64,000 nucleotides of DNA from Sphingomonadales bacterium (GTDB lineage: Bacteria > Bacteroidota > Bacteroidia > NS11-12g > UBA955), in contig VHBA01000001.1 in assembly GCA_016872175.1 (NCBI GenBank), forward strand, positions 2,757 through 66,756, written 5' to 3'. The translations under genes were made by a program, and so were the position numbers. Below, in pieces: positions 17,614 through 27,004 of the stretch. Within the stretch, counting starts at the first letter, position 1, and the number at the start of each line of letters is the position of its first letter. The notes under the pieces were generated by a model. It did no database searches and was not told the origin of the DNA. It was given only the letters and a program-made list of their open reading frames with translations.

Positions 17614-19116
17614 ATGAACGATAACGACAAACAACTCGAAGCCATACGCAACTTCTCCGGTGCGTATCCTAAACAGATCTGGAGTCTGTTTTTCAGCGAA
17701 ATGTGGGAGCGATTTTGCTTTTATGGCATGCGGGGTATGCTCACCTTTTTCATGGTTTACCAGATGTCTATGGACAAGGAAGTGGCCAATCTTCAGTACG
17801 GAGCTACCCAGGCTTGGGTTTACGCTTTCACATTAATTGGCGGTTTGTTTGCCGATAAAATTTTAGGTTTCAAAAAGTCTCTTTTCTGGGGCGGAATTTT
17901 AATGATAGTCGGTAGTATCATCCTAACGTTTGATCCCAAGGCATTTTTCTTTCAGGGAATTGCATTCCTGATTGTGGGTACAGGATTTTTTAAGCCTAAT
18001 ATTTCCTCTATGGTTGGCCAACTATATCGCAGCGACGACAATCGAAGAGATGCAGGTTTTTCACTTTTTTATTCAGGTATCAATATAGGAGCCTTTTTCG
18101 GGGGCATTTTAATGATTGGTGTGGGCAAGGGTGAAATTTTAAGCAGTTTAATCCCTGAACACCTGCGCTGGAATGTGGCTTTCGGACTGGTGGCCATTGC
18201 AATGTTTATAAGTCTGGTAGTTTTTTCATTTGCCCGCAGAACACTTGGTTCCATTGGAAATACTCCCATTAACGAAGACAGTGAACCCGAAAAAAAATGG
18301 TATTCTTATGCAGTATATATTGGCGCGCTTGCTTGTATACCGGTCATTATTAAAATGGTATCAAACACGCAGTATACAGATTGGTTTATGTATTTCATAG
18401 GCCCTTTTAGTTTGCTGTATCTGGGATATGAGATGACCAAACTACAAAAAGCCGAAAATCTGAAATTACTAGCCGCGCTGGTTTTTATCGTATTTTCATC
18501 TTTTTTCTGGGCCATCTTCGAACAAGCCGGTGGTTCATTAAGCCTTTATGCTGCAGAGCATCTGGACAGAGGTTCGTTGAATGTAGATCCAAATATTGTT
18601 AATAATTCTGCCAATTCCATGTTTGTGATTGCCCTGGCTCCATTGGTGGGTTTGCTTTGGATTTGGATGCACAAAAGGAAAATAGAGCCAAACAGCGTGG
18701 TGAAATTTGGACTGGGTTTTCTATTGCTTGGAATTGCGTTTTATATTTTTGCTGTAAACAGAATGTTTGCAAGTAGTGGAATCGCATCTGGAGACATATT
18801 TATGCTTGGATATCTGGTTGTAACCTTGGGTGAGATTGTACTTTCCCCGATAGGTTTGTCATTAATGACGAAGCTTGCTACCACACGTTTAAAAGGTTTT
18901 ATGATGGGGATGTGGTTTTTGGCAAGTGCATACGGCCAATACATAGCAGGTTTATTCGGTGCAGGTATTTCGCCCGATGATAATGCAAGCCCAATTCAAA
19001 AACTTGAAATATATTCAGCAGGTTATCAGCAGTTTGCTTTGTATGCTGTAATTGCAGGAATTCTGATAATAGCCATTTCACCATGGGTAAAGAAACTGAT
19101 GGGAGAAGTGAAATAA
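17614..19116 (+). CDS. POT/PTR2-family peptide transporter (paralog 3)
   Basis: 500 aa. FFSEMWERFCFYGMRGML, GGLFADKILG and FFKPNIS blocks. Starts 1 nt after paralog 2 ends. Confidence 0.8.
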   Translation: MNDNDKQLEAIRNFSGAYPKQIWSLFFSEMWERFCFYGMRGMLTFFMVYQMSMDKEVANLQYGATQAWVYAFTLIGGLFADKILGFKKSLFWGGILMIVGSIILTFDPKAFFFQGIAFLIVGTGFFKPNISSMVGQLYRSDDNRRDAGFSLFYSGINIGAFFGGILMIGVGKGEILSSLIPEHLRWNVAFGLVAIAMFISLVVFSFARRTLGSIGNTPINEDSEPEKKWYSYAVYIGALACIPVIIKMVSNTQYTDWFMYFIGPFSLLYLGYEMTKLQKAENLKLLAALVFIVFSSFFWAIFEQAGGSLSLYAAEHLDRGSLNVDPNIVNNSANSMFVIALAPLVGLLWIWMHKRKIEPNSVVKFGLGFLLLGIAFYIFAVNRMFASSGIASGDIFMLGYLVVTLGEIVLSPIGLSLMTKLATTRLKGFMMGMWFLASAYGQYIAGLFGAGISPDDNASPIQKLEIYSAGYQQFALYAVIAGILIIAISPWVKKLMGEVK

Positions 19117-19160
19117 TTAACTGTATTCAGCAATCCTATCCTTAATTTTGTATCTAATTT

Positions 19161-20456
19161 ATGTTTGATCAGGTTTCTTCAAGCCAAAAAAGCATCTGCG
19201 TTATTGGTCTTGGTTATGTGGGGCTTCCCATAGCCCTCGAGTTTGCCCGTAAATTCAGGGTTGTGGGCTTTGATATCAACCATGAGCGTATTGCGCTTAT
19301 GCGGCAAGGTATTGACCCCAGTAAGGAAATAGAATCAAAAGAATTTGAAGGTCGAAACATTGTTTTCACCTCCAATGCTGATGATATAAAGGAATGCGGG
19401 GTGTACATCGTTGCAGTGCCCACACCCATCAATGAATCTAATGAACCTGAATTAAAGCCGCTCATCGGCGCAAGCACAGCGGTGGGTAAAGCCATCAGCA
19501 AGGGTGATTATGTGATTTATGAAAGCACTACCTATCCCGGCTGCACGGAAGAAGACTGTGTACCTGTGATTGAGCAGCTCAGTGGATTGAAGATGGGTGT
19601 TGATTTCAAGGTTGGATACTCTCCGGAACGCATCAATCCGGGTGATAAGGAACGCCCACTCACCAAAATTCTGAAAATTGTGAGCGGCAGCGATGAAGAG
19701 GCCTTGCAAAATGTTTCAAAACTGTACGCCAGTATTATCACAGCCGGTGTTTACGAAGCGGCATCTATCAAAGTAGCCGAAGCGGCAAAAATCATAGAAA
19801 ACACCCAGCGCGATGTTAATATTTCTCTGATGAATGAACTTTCCATGATTTTTAATAAAATCGGTATCAGTACCCATGATGTGATTGATGCAGCGGCTAC
19901 CAAGTGGAATTTCCACCGCTATCAGCCGGGGCTGGTTGGCGGACATTGCATAGGTGTAGATCCCTACTATTTATTGCACAAAGCAGAGGTAATGGGATTG
20001 CATCCGCGCGTAATAGCCGCAGGACGCTTTACCAATGACAACATGCCTGCCCACATCGCACAAAAAGCAATAAAAAAACTCAATGTGCGTGGCAAAGTGG
20101 TAAAGGATTGCCGTATTCTTATTATGGGTGCTACATTTAAAGAAAATGTGGCCGATATCCGCAACAGTAAAATTGTGGATGTTGTAAACGAACTGATATC
20201 CTATTCCGTGAACGTAGATGTGGTAGATCCATACGCAAGTTCTGAAGAACTGAAGCATGAATACAGATTCGGACTGGCTTCAGAACCTTGCGGTAAATAC
20301 GATGGTATTATACTGGCTGTTTCACATGACCAGTATAAAGATCTTCCCGCATCCTGGTTTGATCAGCATGCAACAGCAGATGGTTTCTTTTTCGATATAA
20401 AAGCGTTGTTCAGAAAACCTGAAAGCCGCCCGGCACTAGACTATTGGAGTTTATAA
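19161..20456 (+). CDS. nucleotide-sugar dehydrogenase (UDP-glucose/GDP-mannose dehydrogenase family; UDP-N-acetyl-hexosamine 6-dehydrogenase-like)
   Basis: 431 aa. N-terminal NAD Rossmann motif ICVIGLGYVGLPIALEFA, catalytic-region block GGHCIGVDPYY, and a C-terminal UDP-binding domain. Confidence 0.75.
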   Translation: MFDQVSSSQKSICVIGLGYVGLPIALEFARKFRVVGFDINHERIALMRQGIDPSKEIESKEFEGRNIVFTSNADDIKECGVYIVAVPTPINESNEPELKPLIGASTAVGKAISKGDYVIYESTTYPGCTEEDCVPVIEQLSGLKMGVDFKVGYSPERINPGDKERPLTKILKIVSGSDEEALQNVSKLYASIITAGVYEAASIKVAEAAKIIENTQRDVNISLMNELSMIFNKIGISTHDVIDAAATKWNFHRYQPGLVGGHCIGVDPYYLLHKAEVMGLHPRVIAAGRFTNDNMPAHIAQKAIKKLNVRGKVVKDCRILIMGATFKENVADIRNSKIVDVVNELISYSVNVDVVDPYASSEELKHEYRFGLASEPCGKYDGIILAVSHDQYKDLPASWFDQHATADGFFFDIKALFRKPESRPALDYWSL

Positions 20457-21674
20457 CACTTCGGCCACCACAAACGTACTGCCGCCAATATAGACTGTGT
20501 CATGCTTTTCAGCATTGTTTTTTGCCGCTTTAAGCGCAAACTGAACACTGTCAAAAATATTTCCTTTTAGTCCGTGATTTTTAGCCTCGTTAGCAAGTAT
20601 ATGGGCGTCAAGTCCCCTGAAAATATTGGGTTTACAGAAATAGTACTCAGCGGAGGAGGGTAGAAGTGATATGATTTTGGTTAAATCTTTCTCTTTTACA
20701 ACGCCCAAAACTATGTGGAGCTTGCCTTTTAAAATCTTTTCCAGCTGTGCCATGGTATGTTTCAACCCATCGGGGTTGTGTGCCGTATCAGCAATTATTT
20801 GCGGTTCTACTTGTAACACTTCCCAGCGACCTTTCAGGCCTGTTAAGGATTTCACTTCCTGTAAAGCCTCCAAAACAAGGTGTTCTGAAAAGTGGTATCC
20901 CTGCAATTCAAGTGCTGTTATGGCAGCTTTTACCGTCCCCAGGTTTTTTTTCTGATATTCTCCCTTGAGAGCGCATTTTTCAATCCATCGGGCAGGTGGC
21001 GTAACGCCTAAAGTCATAACGGCGGAATTTTCTGAAGCATATTTTTCAAAAACAGGTAAGGTTTCAGGTAATACTTCTCCAACCACCACAGGTATATTGT
21101 TTTTAATAATACCGGCCTTTTCTGCAGCAATTTTGGGTAAAGTGTCTCCCAAAAACTCCATGTGATCCCAACCAATATTGGTAATTACGCTTAGTTCAGG
21201 AGTAATTATATTGGTGCTATCCAGCCTGCCACCCATGCCCACTTCAATTATGGCAATATCTACCTCAGATTTTTTAAAATAATCAAAAGACATACCTACC
21301 GTCAATTCAAAAAAAGACGGCGATATTTTATCGATTAGTGGCTTCATCGATTCCGTGAATTCAACCACAAAATCTTTTGGAATCATCTGTCCGTTTACCC
21401 GAATGCGCTCCCGGAAATCTACTAGGTGAGGGGAAGTGTAAAGTCCTGTTTTATAGCCCTGTTTGGTAAAAATGGCAGCCAGCATGGAACTTACAGAACC
21501 TTTACCGTTTGTTCCGCCCACATGAATACATTTAAAGTTGTTCTGAGGATTTTCCAGCGCATCGCATAATGCGATAGTATTGTCAAGATTTGCTTTGTAG
21601 GCAGCAGCACCAATATGTTGAAAAACAGGCAATCTGGAATAAAGAAATTCCAGGGTTTCCTCATATGTTGGCAT
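20451..21674 (-). CDS. folC: bifunctional folylpolyglutamate synthase / dihydrofolate synthase
   Basis: 407 aa with a Mur-ligase-family P-loop HVGGTNGKGS and FolC-typical architecture. Its end overlaps the nucleotide-sugar dehydrogenase gene by 6 nt on the opposite strand. Confidence 0.75.
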   Translation of the reverse strand: MPTYEETLEFLYSRLPVFQHIGAAAYKANLDNTIALCDALENPQNNFKCIHVGGTNGKGSVSSMLAAIFTKQGYKTGLYTSPHLVDFRERIRVNGQMIPKDFVVEFTESMKPLIDKISPSFFELTVGMSFDYFKKSEVDIAIIEVGMGGRLDSTNIITPELSVITNIGWDHMEFLGDTLPKIAAEKAGIIKNNIPVVVGEVLPETLPVFEKYASENSAVMTLGVTPPARWIEKCALKGEYQKKNLGTVKAAITALELQGYHFSEHLVLEALQEVKSLTGLKGRWEVLQVEPQIIADTAHNPDGLKHTMAQLEKILKGKLHIVLGVVKEKDLTKIISLLPSSAEYYFCKPNIFRGLDAHILANEAKNHGLKGNIFDSVQFALKAAKNNAEKHDTVYIGGSTFVVAEVL

Positions 21675-21678
21675 ACTG

Positions 21679-22491
21679 TTAAAGACTGGGTCTTATGGTA
21701 ACAGAAACTTTTCCTGTCTCGGGGCAAGTTTCACCTGTTTTTTTGAAAGTTGATCTAGACAACACATTGGTAAAAACAGCCTTGGCATCACTGCCAGTAT
21801 AGTTGGTGCCTGCCGCTTCACCCCCCAGAATTTTGAAATTTCCATAACAGTCAACTTTTACTTCAAACACAATGGTGCCTGTGCCCTGTGCGTCCACTTG
21901 TTCTACATCAGACAACAGCTTAAAATTGGTAAATTTTGCACTGATAAGGCCTTTACCTCTATTTCCTGGGTTGTTGCCGGTATTATCACCTTTAACTCTA
22001 CCGGTATTTTTACCCCCTCCACTACCGGTTTTACCTTTACCGTCTTTCCATCCGTTTGGCGTGCCATCCTGAGATCCACCGGTTCTTTTACCTGTAGGTA
22101 ATCTTTTGGCCAGATTTGGATCGAGCTGATCTCCCCTTTTCGGGGGATCAATAGGAGGAAGATTCATGTTGTCCTCACCTTCATTGGTGATGTTTTTGCC
22201 TTCACCTCCATTCTGCGTTGGGTTTCCGCCTGATTGCCCTCCGTTGTCTCCTTGGGCAGGAGGTGTTTGAGAGGGTCCCCCGTCAGTGGGATTACCAAAA
22301 CCACCATCAACTACCCCCATATCCAATTCCAGCACACCCTCCTTAACTTCAAAGGGAGGATTGGGCATGCTTATACGCATAAACCAAAGTAAACCAATAA
22401 GTATGGCAGAAACTATCAATGACAGTGCAGCACTTTTGGCTTTTTCGCCCGGAGTGCTGTCTAATTTTTCTTCAACCAGATAATGAGCCAT
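21679..22491 (-). CDS. TonB-family protein (N-terminal TM anchor, Gly/Pro-rich linker, C-terminal TonB-like domain)
   Basis: 270 aa: a single TM (ALSLIVSAILIGLLWF), a long G/P/N-rich low-complexity linker, and a C-terminal block TGTIVFEVKVDCYGNFKIL...VSVTIRP that resembles a TonB C-terminal domain. Confidence 0.4.
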   Translation of the reverse strand: MAHYLVEEKLDSTPGEKAKSAALSLIVSAILIGLLWFMRISMPNPPFEVKEGVLELDMGVVDGGFGNPTDGGPSQTPPAQGDNGGQSGGNPTQNGGEGKNITNEGEDNMNLPPIDPPKRGDQLDPNLAKRLPTGKRTGGSQDGTPNGWKDGKGKTGSGGGKNTGRVKGDNTGNNPGNRGKGLISAKFTNFKLLSDVEQVDAQGTGTIVFEVKVDCYGNFKILGGEAAGTNYTGSDAKAVFTNVLSRSTFKKTGETCPETGKVSVTIRPSL

Positions 22492-22493
22492 AT

Positions 22494-23543
22494 TTATTCG
22501 AATGCGAGTTGGGCATCAAGCAAACCTGCATGATAACCAGCGCTTATGGGTATAGACTCTAAAAAAACACTGGCTGTTTTTTCATTTTCAAATCTTCCAA
22601 TAATTACCTTAACAAGAGAGCTGCCTTTTTTCTGCCCTATTACCGCAGGAATTCCGGATTTTTTCCAAGTATTACATTCGATTACTGCAAGGTTGTGACT
22701 CATATAAGATCCACCACATACGAAAATATGTCCTTGACCGCTTTTAATCTGTTCCATCCCCATATTCATTCCTTCTTCAGTTAAAAGGGAAACGAAAGGA
22801 ACAGCTTTTTTATTGGCTGAAGTTGTAATTTCTTCCTTTTCAGTCACAGTAGGAGCTGAGGGTATGGACGATGCCAGTTGCACATGTTGTTTTTTATGGC
22901 TGAATTTTCCGAAGTATACAGCCGCTGCCGATAAACCTAATATGCAAACGGATGCCGCAATTTTCCAAATAAAGCCATATGATTTCTGACGGGTGATTTT
23001 AAGTTCAACGACTTCAGCTTCCTGAATTTCTTCAGCAGTATTAGGAATGGCTTTTTCCCGGACGACTTCACTTTTATTCGTCAATTCAACACGTGTGTGT
23101 ATTGAACCGGCCCCGATATGGTCCTTGAAAATAATAGGAGCCAGACCAAAGGCGTGTTTGCTTAGGTTTAGGGGAGTAACAGGTAGAAATAGATATTTTC
23201 CATCATTGTGCAAGAAGAAATTTCCAAGCTTACCCAATGCCAGGCTTCTGTTAGATTTTAATTTTAAGGTTATGGTATCAACCAAAGTTTGAATGGCTTG
23301 ATTTGCTGTTGTGTAATCACAGCCGTGGTTATATCGCCAGTGTGTGAGCAGCAAGCCATCGTCTGAAGTAATGGCAGGGTTGAAAAAAAGTGTTTGCCCG
23401 GAAGGCTTAATTTCGCCGGTGAAAGGATTTGCTGATGCCGGATAAGAGCGCAACAGAAATGCACCTAAATTAGGAATGATTACACATTCATGGGTGCTAA
23501 GCAATTCTGTAAGGGCTGTTTCTAATTTTTGCAAATCGGTCAT
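22494..23543 (-). CDS. HU-like domain / SPOR-domain protein (cell-envelope, peptidoglycan-binding)
   Basis: 349 aa. N-terminal block VIIPNLGAFLLRSYPASANPFTGEIKPSGQTLFFNP (an HU/IHF-like fold seen in HU-CCDC81 proteins), a central TM, and a C-terminal SPOR-like block HIFVCGGSYMSHNLAVIECNTWKKSGIPAVI...VIIGRFENEKTA. Confidence 0.4.
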   Translation of the reverse strand: MTDLQKLETALTELLSTHECVIIPNLGAFLLRSYPASANPFTGEIKPSGQTLFFNPAITSDDGLLLTHWRYNHGCDYTTANQAIQTLVDTITLKLKSNRSLALGKLGNFFLHNDGKYLFLPVTPLNLSKHAFGLAPIIFKDHIGAGSIHTRVELTNKSEVVREKAIPNTAEEIQEAEVVELKITRQKSYGFIWKIAASVCILGLSAAAVYFGKFSHKKQHVQLASSIPSAPTVTEKEEITTSANKKAVPFVSLLTEEGMNMGMEQIKSGQGHIFVCGGSYMSHNLAVIECNTWKKSGIPAVIGQKKGSSLVKVIIGRFENEKTASVFLESIPISAGYHAGLLDAQLAFE

Positions 23544-23574
23544 ACGTACAAAATTAAAGGGCTTTTGTCACAAA

Positions 23575-25200
23575 TCAAAATCCGGCTGAAACGCCTCCCA
23601 TTATAGTGAGACCAAAATTATTGTATCCATACCATTGCTGGTATTTTTGGGCTAGCAGGTTACTGCCTTGAACCCATATTCTTAACAAGTTTTTAACCTT
23701 ATAATCTACTCGAAGATTCATGTCAATGAAGCCCTTCATTTCGAGTTGTTGCCCTGTATACTGAATTGTATTATACCTGCGGCTCATACCGTCTAATCCC
23801 AATTGGGTAACCAGGTTTTTATTAACATAGTATTGACCGGAAAGCGCATAGGTAAAGTTGGGCAAATGCCAGGCCTGCAACTGGTCATTGGTTGTATAAT
23901 TGTTAAATTTACAATTGGCCCCCACACGAAGTTTTTCTCCCACTGAAAAACGTAAATCAGCGGCAAAGTAGAGATTGTTAATATTGTCATATACAATCTG
24001 AAGGCTATTGATACTGTCATTATTCGTAACCACAAGCGGCATTTTAGAAGTAGTATTATTCCCAAATTCAACCATAAATTGTGAATTATTGGTAATGCTA
24101 CCCTTTAAACCGGCGTAAACCCGCAGTTGGTCGTAGGAGTTGGTAACCTGAATGCTGTCATAGGTAAAAGGAACCATTTCAAAATACCTTCTGATGGAGT
24201 TTTTTCTGAGACCACCGTCAACACCACCATACATTTTCATCTTAAGACCTTCCAGTTTCTTTTCTGCCATTATCACTGGGTTTAAGTAAAACAACGGTGA
24301 TGAAGAGTCAGTAAAAACCCATGTCATATTCAAGCCGCCGGTAAAGTCAACGTCTGTTTCTTTGATTTTCATCGTGATTCGCGGTGTCGCATCCACAAAA
24401 TATTGTTGTCTGGTGCTGAAGTTCTGCCTGAACTGCAGGCTGGTAAGTTCTACCCATCCTGAAGAGCCAATGGATTTAACGCCGGCATCCCAGCCTATTT
24501 TTCCTGCAAATTCAGTTTCACTCTGATTCAGGTTGTTATAAAAATTATTAAACTTAAAACCTGCGCCAATTCCGGGTTTTTTACCATCCCGTTTCATATC
24601 ATACAATACATTGAAACCCAGGTTTTGTCCTGTCTTTTTAATTAGAGCTGCATCTTTTTCATAGAAAGTATCTTTGGCAAAAAAACGATTCATATCCCTG
24701 CTGTAATTGAGTCTTACATCCATGCTGCTTCGCTTGTAAAAACGAGAGCCACCAAGATAGGCCCGGTTTGTACTGAAATCCTGGTATGTTTTTTCAGCAT
24801 CTGCGCTGAGGTGCTGAAATGATGCATTGTACGCCCACTTATCAGCAGCGCGGCTGCCTACGAACAGCTCCATAAGTTTGTGGCTGTAGTTGCCTCCTCC
24901 CATGCGTGCATAATTTGGGTTATAAATAGTGTCCAGGCCGGGTTCAAAATGCTTAACAGGAGGCATTATGCGGGCAATTTTCCTGGTGTTCCATTTGAAA
25001 TCCTGTGGCATGTAGTTTATATCAAAGGGATATTTACCTGCCTTCGGAACCGTGGGATCTATAAGTAGCTTATTGGCAGATAACAACCTTGGCTTAAACG
25101 CTGTGGAAACAGTTGTGCCATCGTCAAAGCCAGAGGTGTTCTGTGCTTGCAGCGTAATTAGAAATACACCTGACAACGCGGTTAATACTTGTTTATACAT
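23575..25200 (-). CDS. putative outer-membrane beta-barrel protein
   Basis: 541 aa with a signal peptide (LTALSGVFLITLQAQN), abundant alternating aromatic/hydrophilic strands, and a C-terminal ...GGVSAGF ending in Phe (outer-membrane-protein signature). Confidence 0.4.
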   Translation of the reverse strand: MYKQVLTALSGVFLITLQAQNTSGFDDGTTVSTAFKPRLLSANKLLIDPTVPKAGKYPFDINYMPQDFKWNTRKIARIMPPVKHFEPGLDTIYNPNYARMGGGNYSHKLMELFVGSRAADKWAYNASFQHLSADAEKTYQDFSTNRAYLGGSRFYKRSSMDVRLNYSRDMNRFFAKDTFYEKDAALIKKTGQNLGFNVLYDMKRDGKKPGIGAGFKFNNFYNNLNQSETEFAGKIGWDAGVKSIGSSGWVELTSLQFRQNFSTRQQYFVDATPRITMKIKETDVDFTGGLNMTWVFTDSSSPLFYLNPVIMAEKKLEGLKMKMYGGVDGGLRKNSIRRYFEMVPFTYDSIQVTNSYDQLRVYAGLKGSITNNSQFMVEFGNNTTSKMPLVVTNNDSINSLQIVYDNINNLYFAADLRFSVGEKLRVGANCKFNNYTTNDQLQAWHLPNFTYALSGQYYVNKNLVTQLGLDGMSRRYNTIQYTGQQLEMKGFIDMNLRVDYKVKNLLRIWVQGSNLLAQKYQQWYGYNNFGLTIMGGVSAGF

Positions 25201-25384
25201 ACAATGATAGGCAAATATAGAATGTTGATGAATGCGGTTTTTGGGTTAGTTATAGACACTATGTGGTTAGAAGTGGGCTTTTTACATGATAGGTGACTAT
25301 TTTTGAAAACAATATTTAACAGTTAAACGATTCTCCGATTGGTTTATTGTCTTTGTTACAGTACTATGTAAGGCCTGAAATAAT

Positions 25385-25430
25385 TGTATTGCTATTGTAT
25401 TTACTATTTCTATTTCTTATCTTTGCAGCC
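25385..25430 (+). promoter_or_regulatory. Bacteroidota sigma-A type promoter for rplU-rpmA (-7 element TAnnTTTG)
   Basis: TATCTTTG at 25418-25425 matches the Bacteroidetes -7 consensus TAnnTTTG. A TTG sits about 21 nt upstream at 25395-25397. The identical 14-mer TATCTTTGCAGCCC recurs upstream of rpmB. Confidence 0.5.
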
Positions 25431-25460
25431 CTTTTTGAGGAAAAACTATAAAACTAAGTT

Positions 25461-25805
25461 ATGTACGCCATTGTAGAAATAGCCGGAAGACAGTACAGGG
25501 TAGAAGAAAACAAATACCTGATTGTAAACCGCATCACCGCCAAAGAGGGTGATAATTTAACCTTTGACAAGGTGCTGATGATCAGCGACAAAGGGAAAGC
25601 CAAAGTAGGAGAGCCCACCATCAAAGGTGCTGTGGTTTCTGCTACTGTTGAAAAACATGGTCGCGGCGAGAAAGTGGTAGTTTTCAAAAAGAAACGCCGC
25701 AAAGGTTATACCGTGCGCAACGGGCACCGTCAGGATTTGACCCGTATCAAAATCACAAGCATTAAAACCAAGGCTGAAAAGGCAGCAACAACCGAAGAAA
25801 ATTAA
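25461..25805 (+). CDS. rplU: 50S ribosomal protein L21
   Basis: [24 protein letters not shown]... is a canonical L21 N-terminus, followed by a lysine-rich tail. Confidence 0.9.
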   Translation: MYAIVEIAGRQYRVEENKYLIVNRITAKEGDNLTFDKVLMISDKGKAKVGEPTIKGAVVSATVEKHGRGEKVVVFKKKRRKGYTVRNGHRQDLTRIKITSIKTKAEKAATTEEN

Positions 25806-25810
25806 TCATC

Positions 25811-26071
25811 ATGGCACATAAAAAAGGTGTAGGTAGTAGTAAAAACGGACGCGAATCGCACAGCAAACGTCTGGGTGTTAAAATATTTGGCGGACAGGTA
25901 GTTAAAGCAGGCAACATTATCGTTCGCCAGCGTGGCACCAAACATCACCCCGATGTGAACGTAGGTATCGGTAAAGACCATACGCTTTTTGCTTTGGCAG
26001 ATGGCGTGGTGCAGTTCCGTAAAACCCGCGAGGGTCGCAGCAAAGTGTCCGTAGTTCAGGCCCAAGCCTAA
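25811..26071 (+). CDS. rpmA: 50S ribosomal protein L27
   Basis: [24 protein letters not shown]... is a canonical L27. Confidence 0.9.
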   Translation: MAHKKGVGSSKNGRESHSKRLGVKIFGGQVVKAGNIIVRQRGTKHHPDVNVGIGKDHTLFALADGVVQFRKTREGRSKVSVVQAQA

Positions 26072-26091
26072 CAAATCAAAACATTCAATGA

Positions 26092-26122
26092 AAAGGGACA
26101 TCCAATGGTGTCCCTTTTTTTA
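26092..26122 (+). terminator. rho-independent terminator after rpmA
   Basis: GGGACAtccaatggTGTCCC followed by TTTTTTT. Confidence 0.7.
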
Positions 26123-26153
26123 TTACACGATTAATCTTCCTAACTTTGCCAAC

Positions 26154-26672
26154 ATGTCGGAAAAAAACAGCAAAACATCCAAAGAGTCCTACACCATTAT
26201 GAATGAAATCGTTTTGCCTAATGATACCAACACATTAGGGAATTTGATGGGAGGACGATTGTTGCACTGGATGGATATATGTGCCGCCATATCCGCACAG
26301 AAACACAGCAATAACATTGTGGTTACTGCATCTGTTGACAGTGTTTCATTTAAAGAGAGCATCCGCTTGGGCGATGTGGTGACCCTGGAGGCATGGGTTA
26401 CCCGCGCTTTCAATACTTCTATGGAAGTATATATTGAGGTGTTTGCCCAAAATATTCCCAAAGGTGAAAAAATACGCTGCAACGAGGCGTATTATACTTT
26501 TGTAGCGCTCGATAGCCGCAATAAACCGGCGCCTGTACCTGAGTTAAAACCGGAAACAGAGGATGAGCAAAAAAAGTATGAAGGTGCGCTAAGAAGAAGG
26601 CAGGTAAGGCTCATTTTGGCAGGTAAAATGAAGCCTGAAGAAGCCCAGGAGTTGAAAAACCTGTTTGTATAA
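26154..26672 (+). CDS. acyl-CoA thioesterase (hotdog fold, YciA-like)
   Basis: The start was moved to the Met after the rpmA terminator (MSEKNSK...); the track start lies inside the terminator hairpin. The hotdog-fold blocks VLPNDTNTLGNLMGGRLLHWMDI and VVTASVDSVSFKESIRLGDVV are typical of cytosolic acyl-CoA thioesterases. Confidence 0.65.
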   Translation: MSEKNSKTSKESYTIMNEIVLPNDTNTLGNLMGGRLLHWMDICAAISAQKHSNNIVVTASVDSVSFKESIRLGDVVTLEAWVTRAFNTSMEVYIEVFAQNIPKGEKIRCNEAYYTFVALDSRNKPAPVPELKPETEDEQKKYEGALRRRQVRLILAGKMKPEEAQELKNLFV

Positions 26673-26781
26673 GTCTTAATTTCTTAACTACACTGATTTA
26701 CGGCACCCGCATGTCGAAGCAGGTCATAATTATTTTTTTACAGCGAATTCAATTTTGTAGCCCCAATAAAAATGGCTATGA

Positions 26782-27000
26782 AAAAGAAAAGGGCTGCGAT
26801 TGAAAGTTACCGGTCTTTCCGGGGCACAAAATATTGAAGTTAAAATCAACAATATGACGGGCGCAGAAGTCAACAGACAGATTTTCAGTGCACAAGACAA
26901 CAATGATTGGATGGAGTTACGGGATATTCCTCAGGGTTTTTATACACTTACTGTATCCAGCAGTGAAAACAGGTGGGTTCGAAAAGTGATGGTGAAATAA
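26782..27000 (+). pseudogene. orphan fragment encoding only a T9SS C-terminal sorting domain (type A, Por secretion tail); remnant of a secreted-protein gene
   Basis: The reading frame opens right after a TGA at 26779-26781 with no ATG; the track uses TTG at 26800. The ~70 encoded residues (…KVTGLSGAQNIEVKINNMTGAEVNRQIFSAQDNNDWMELRDIPQGFYTLTVSSSENRWVRKVMVK) look like a T9SS type-A C-terminal domain. No upstream body is present. Confidence 0.4.
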
Positions 27001-27004
27001 CAGG

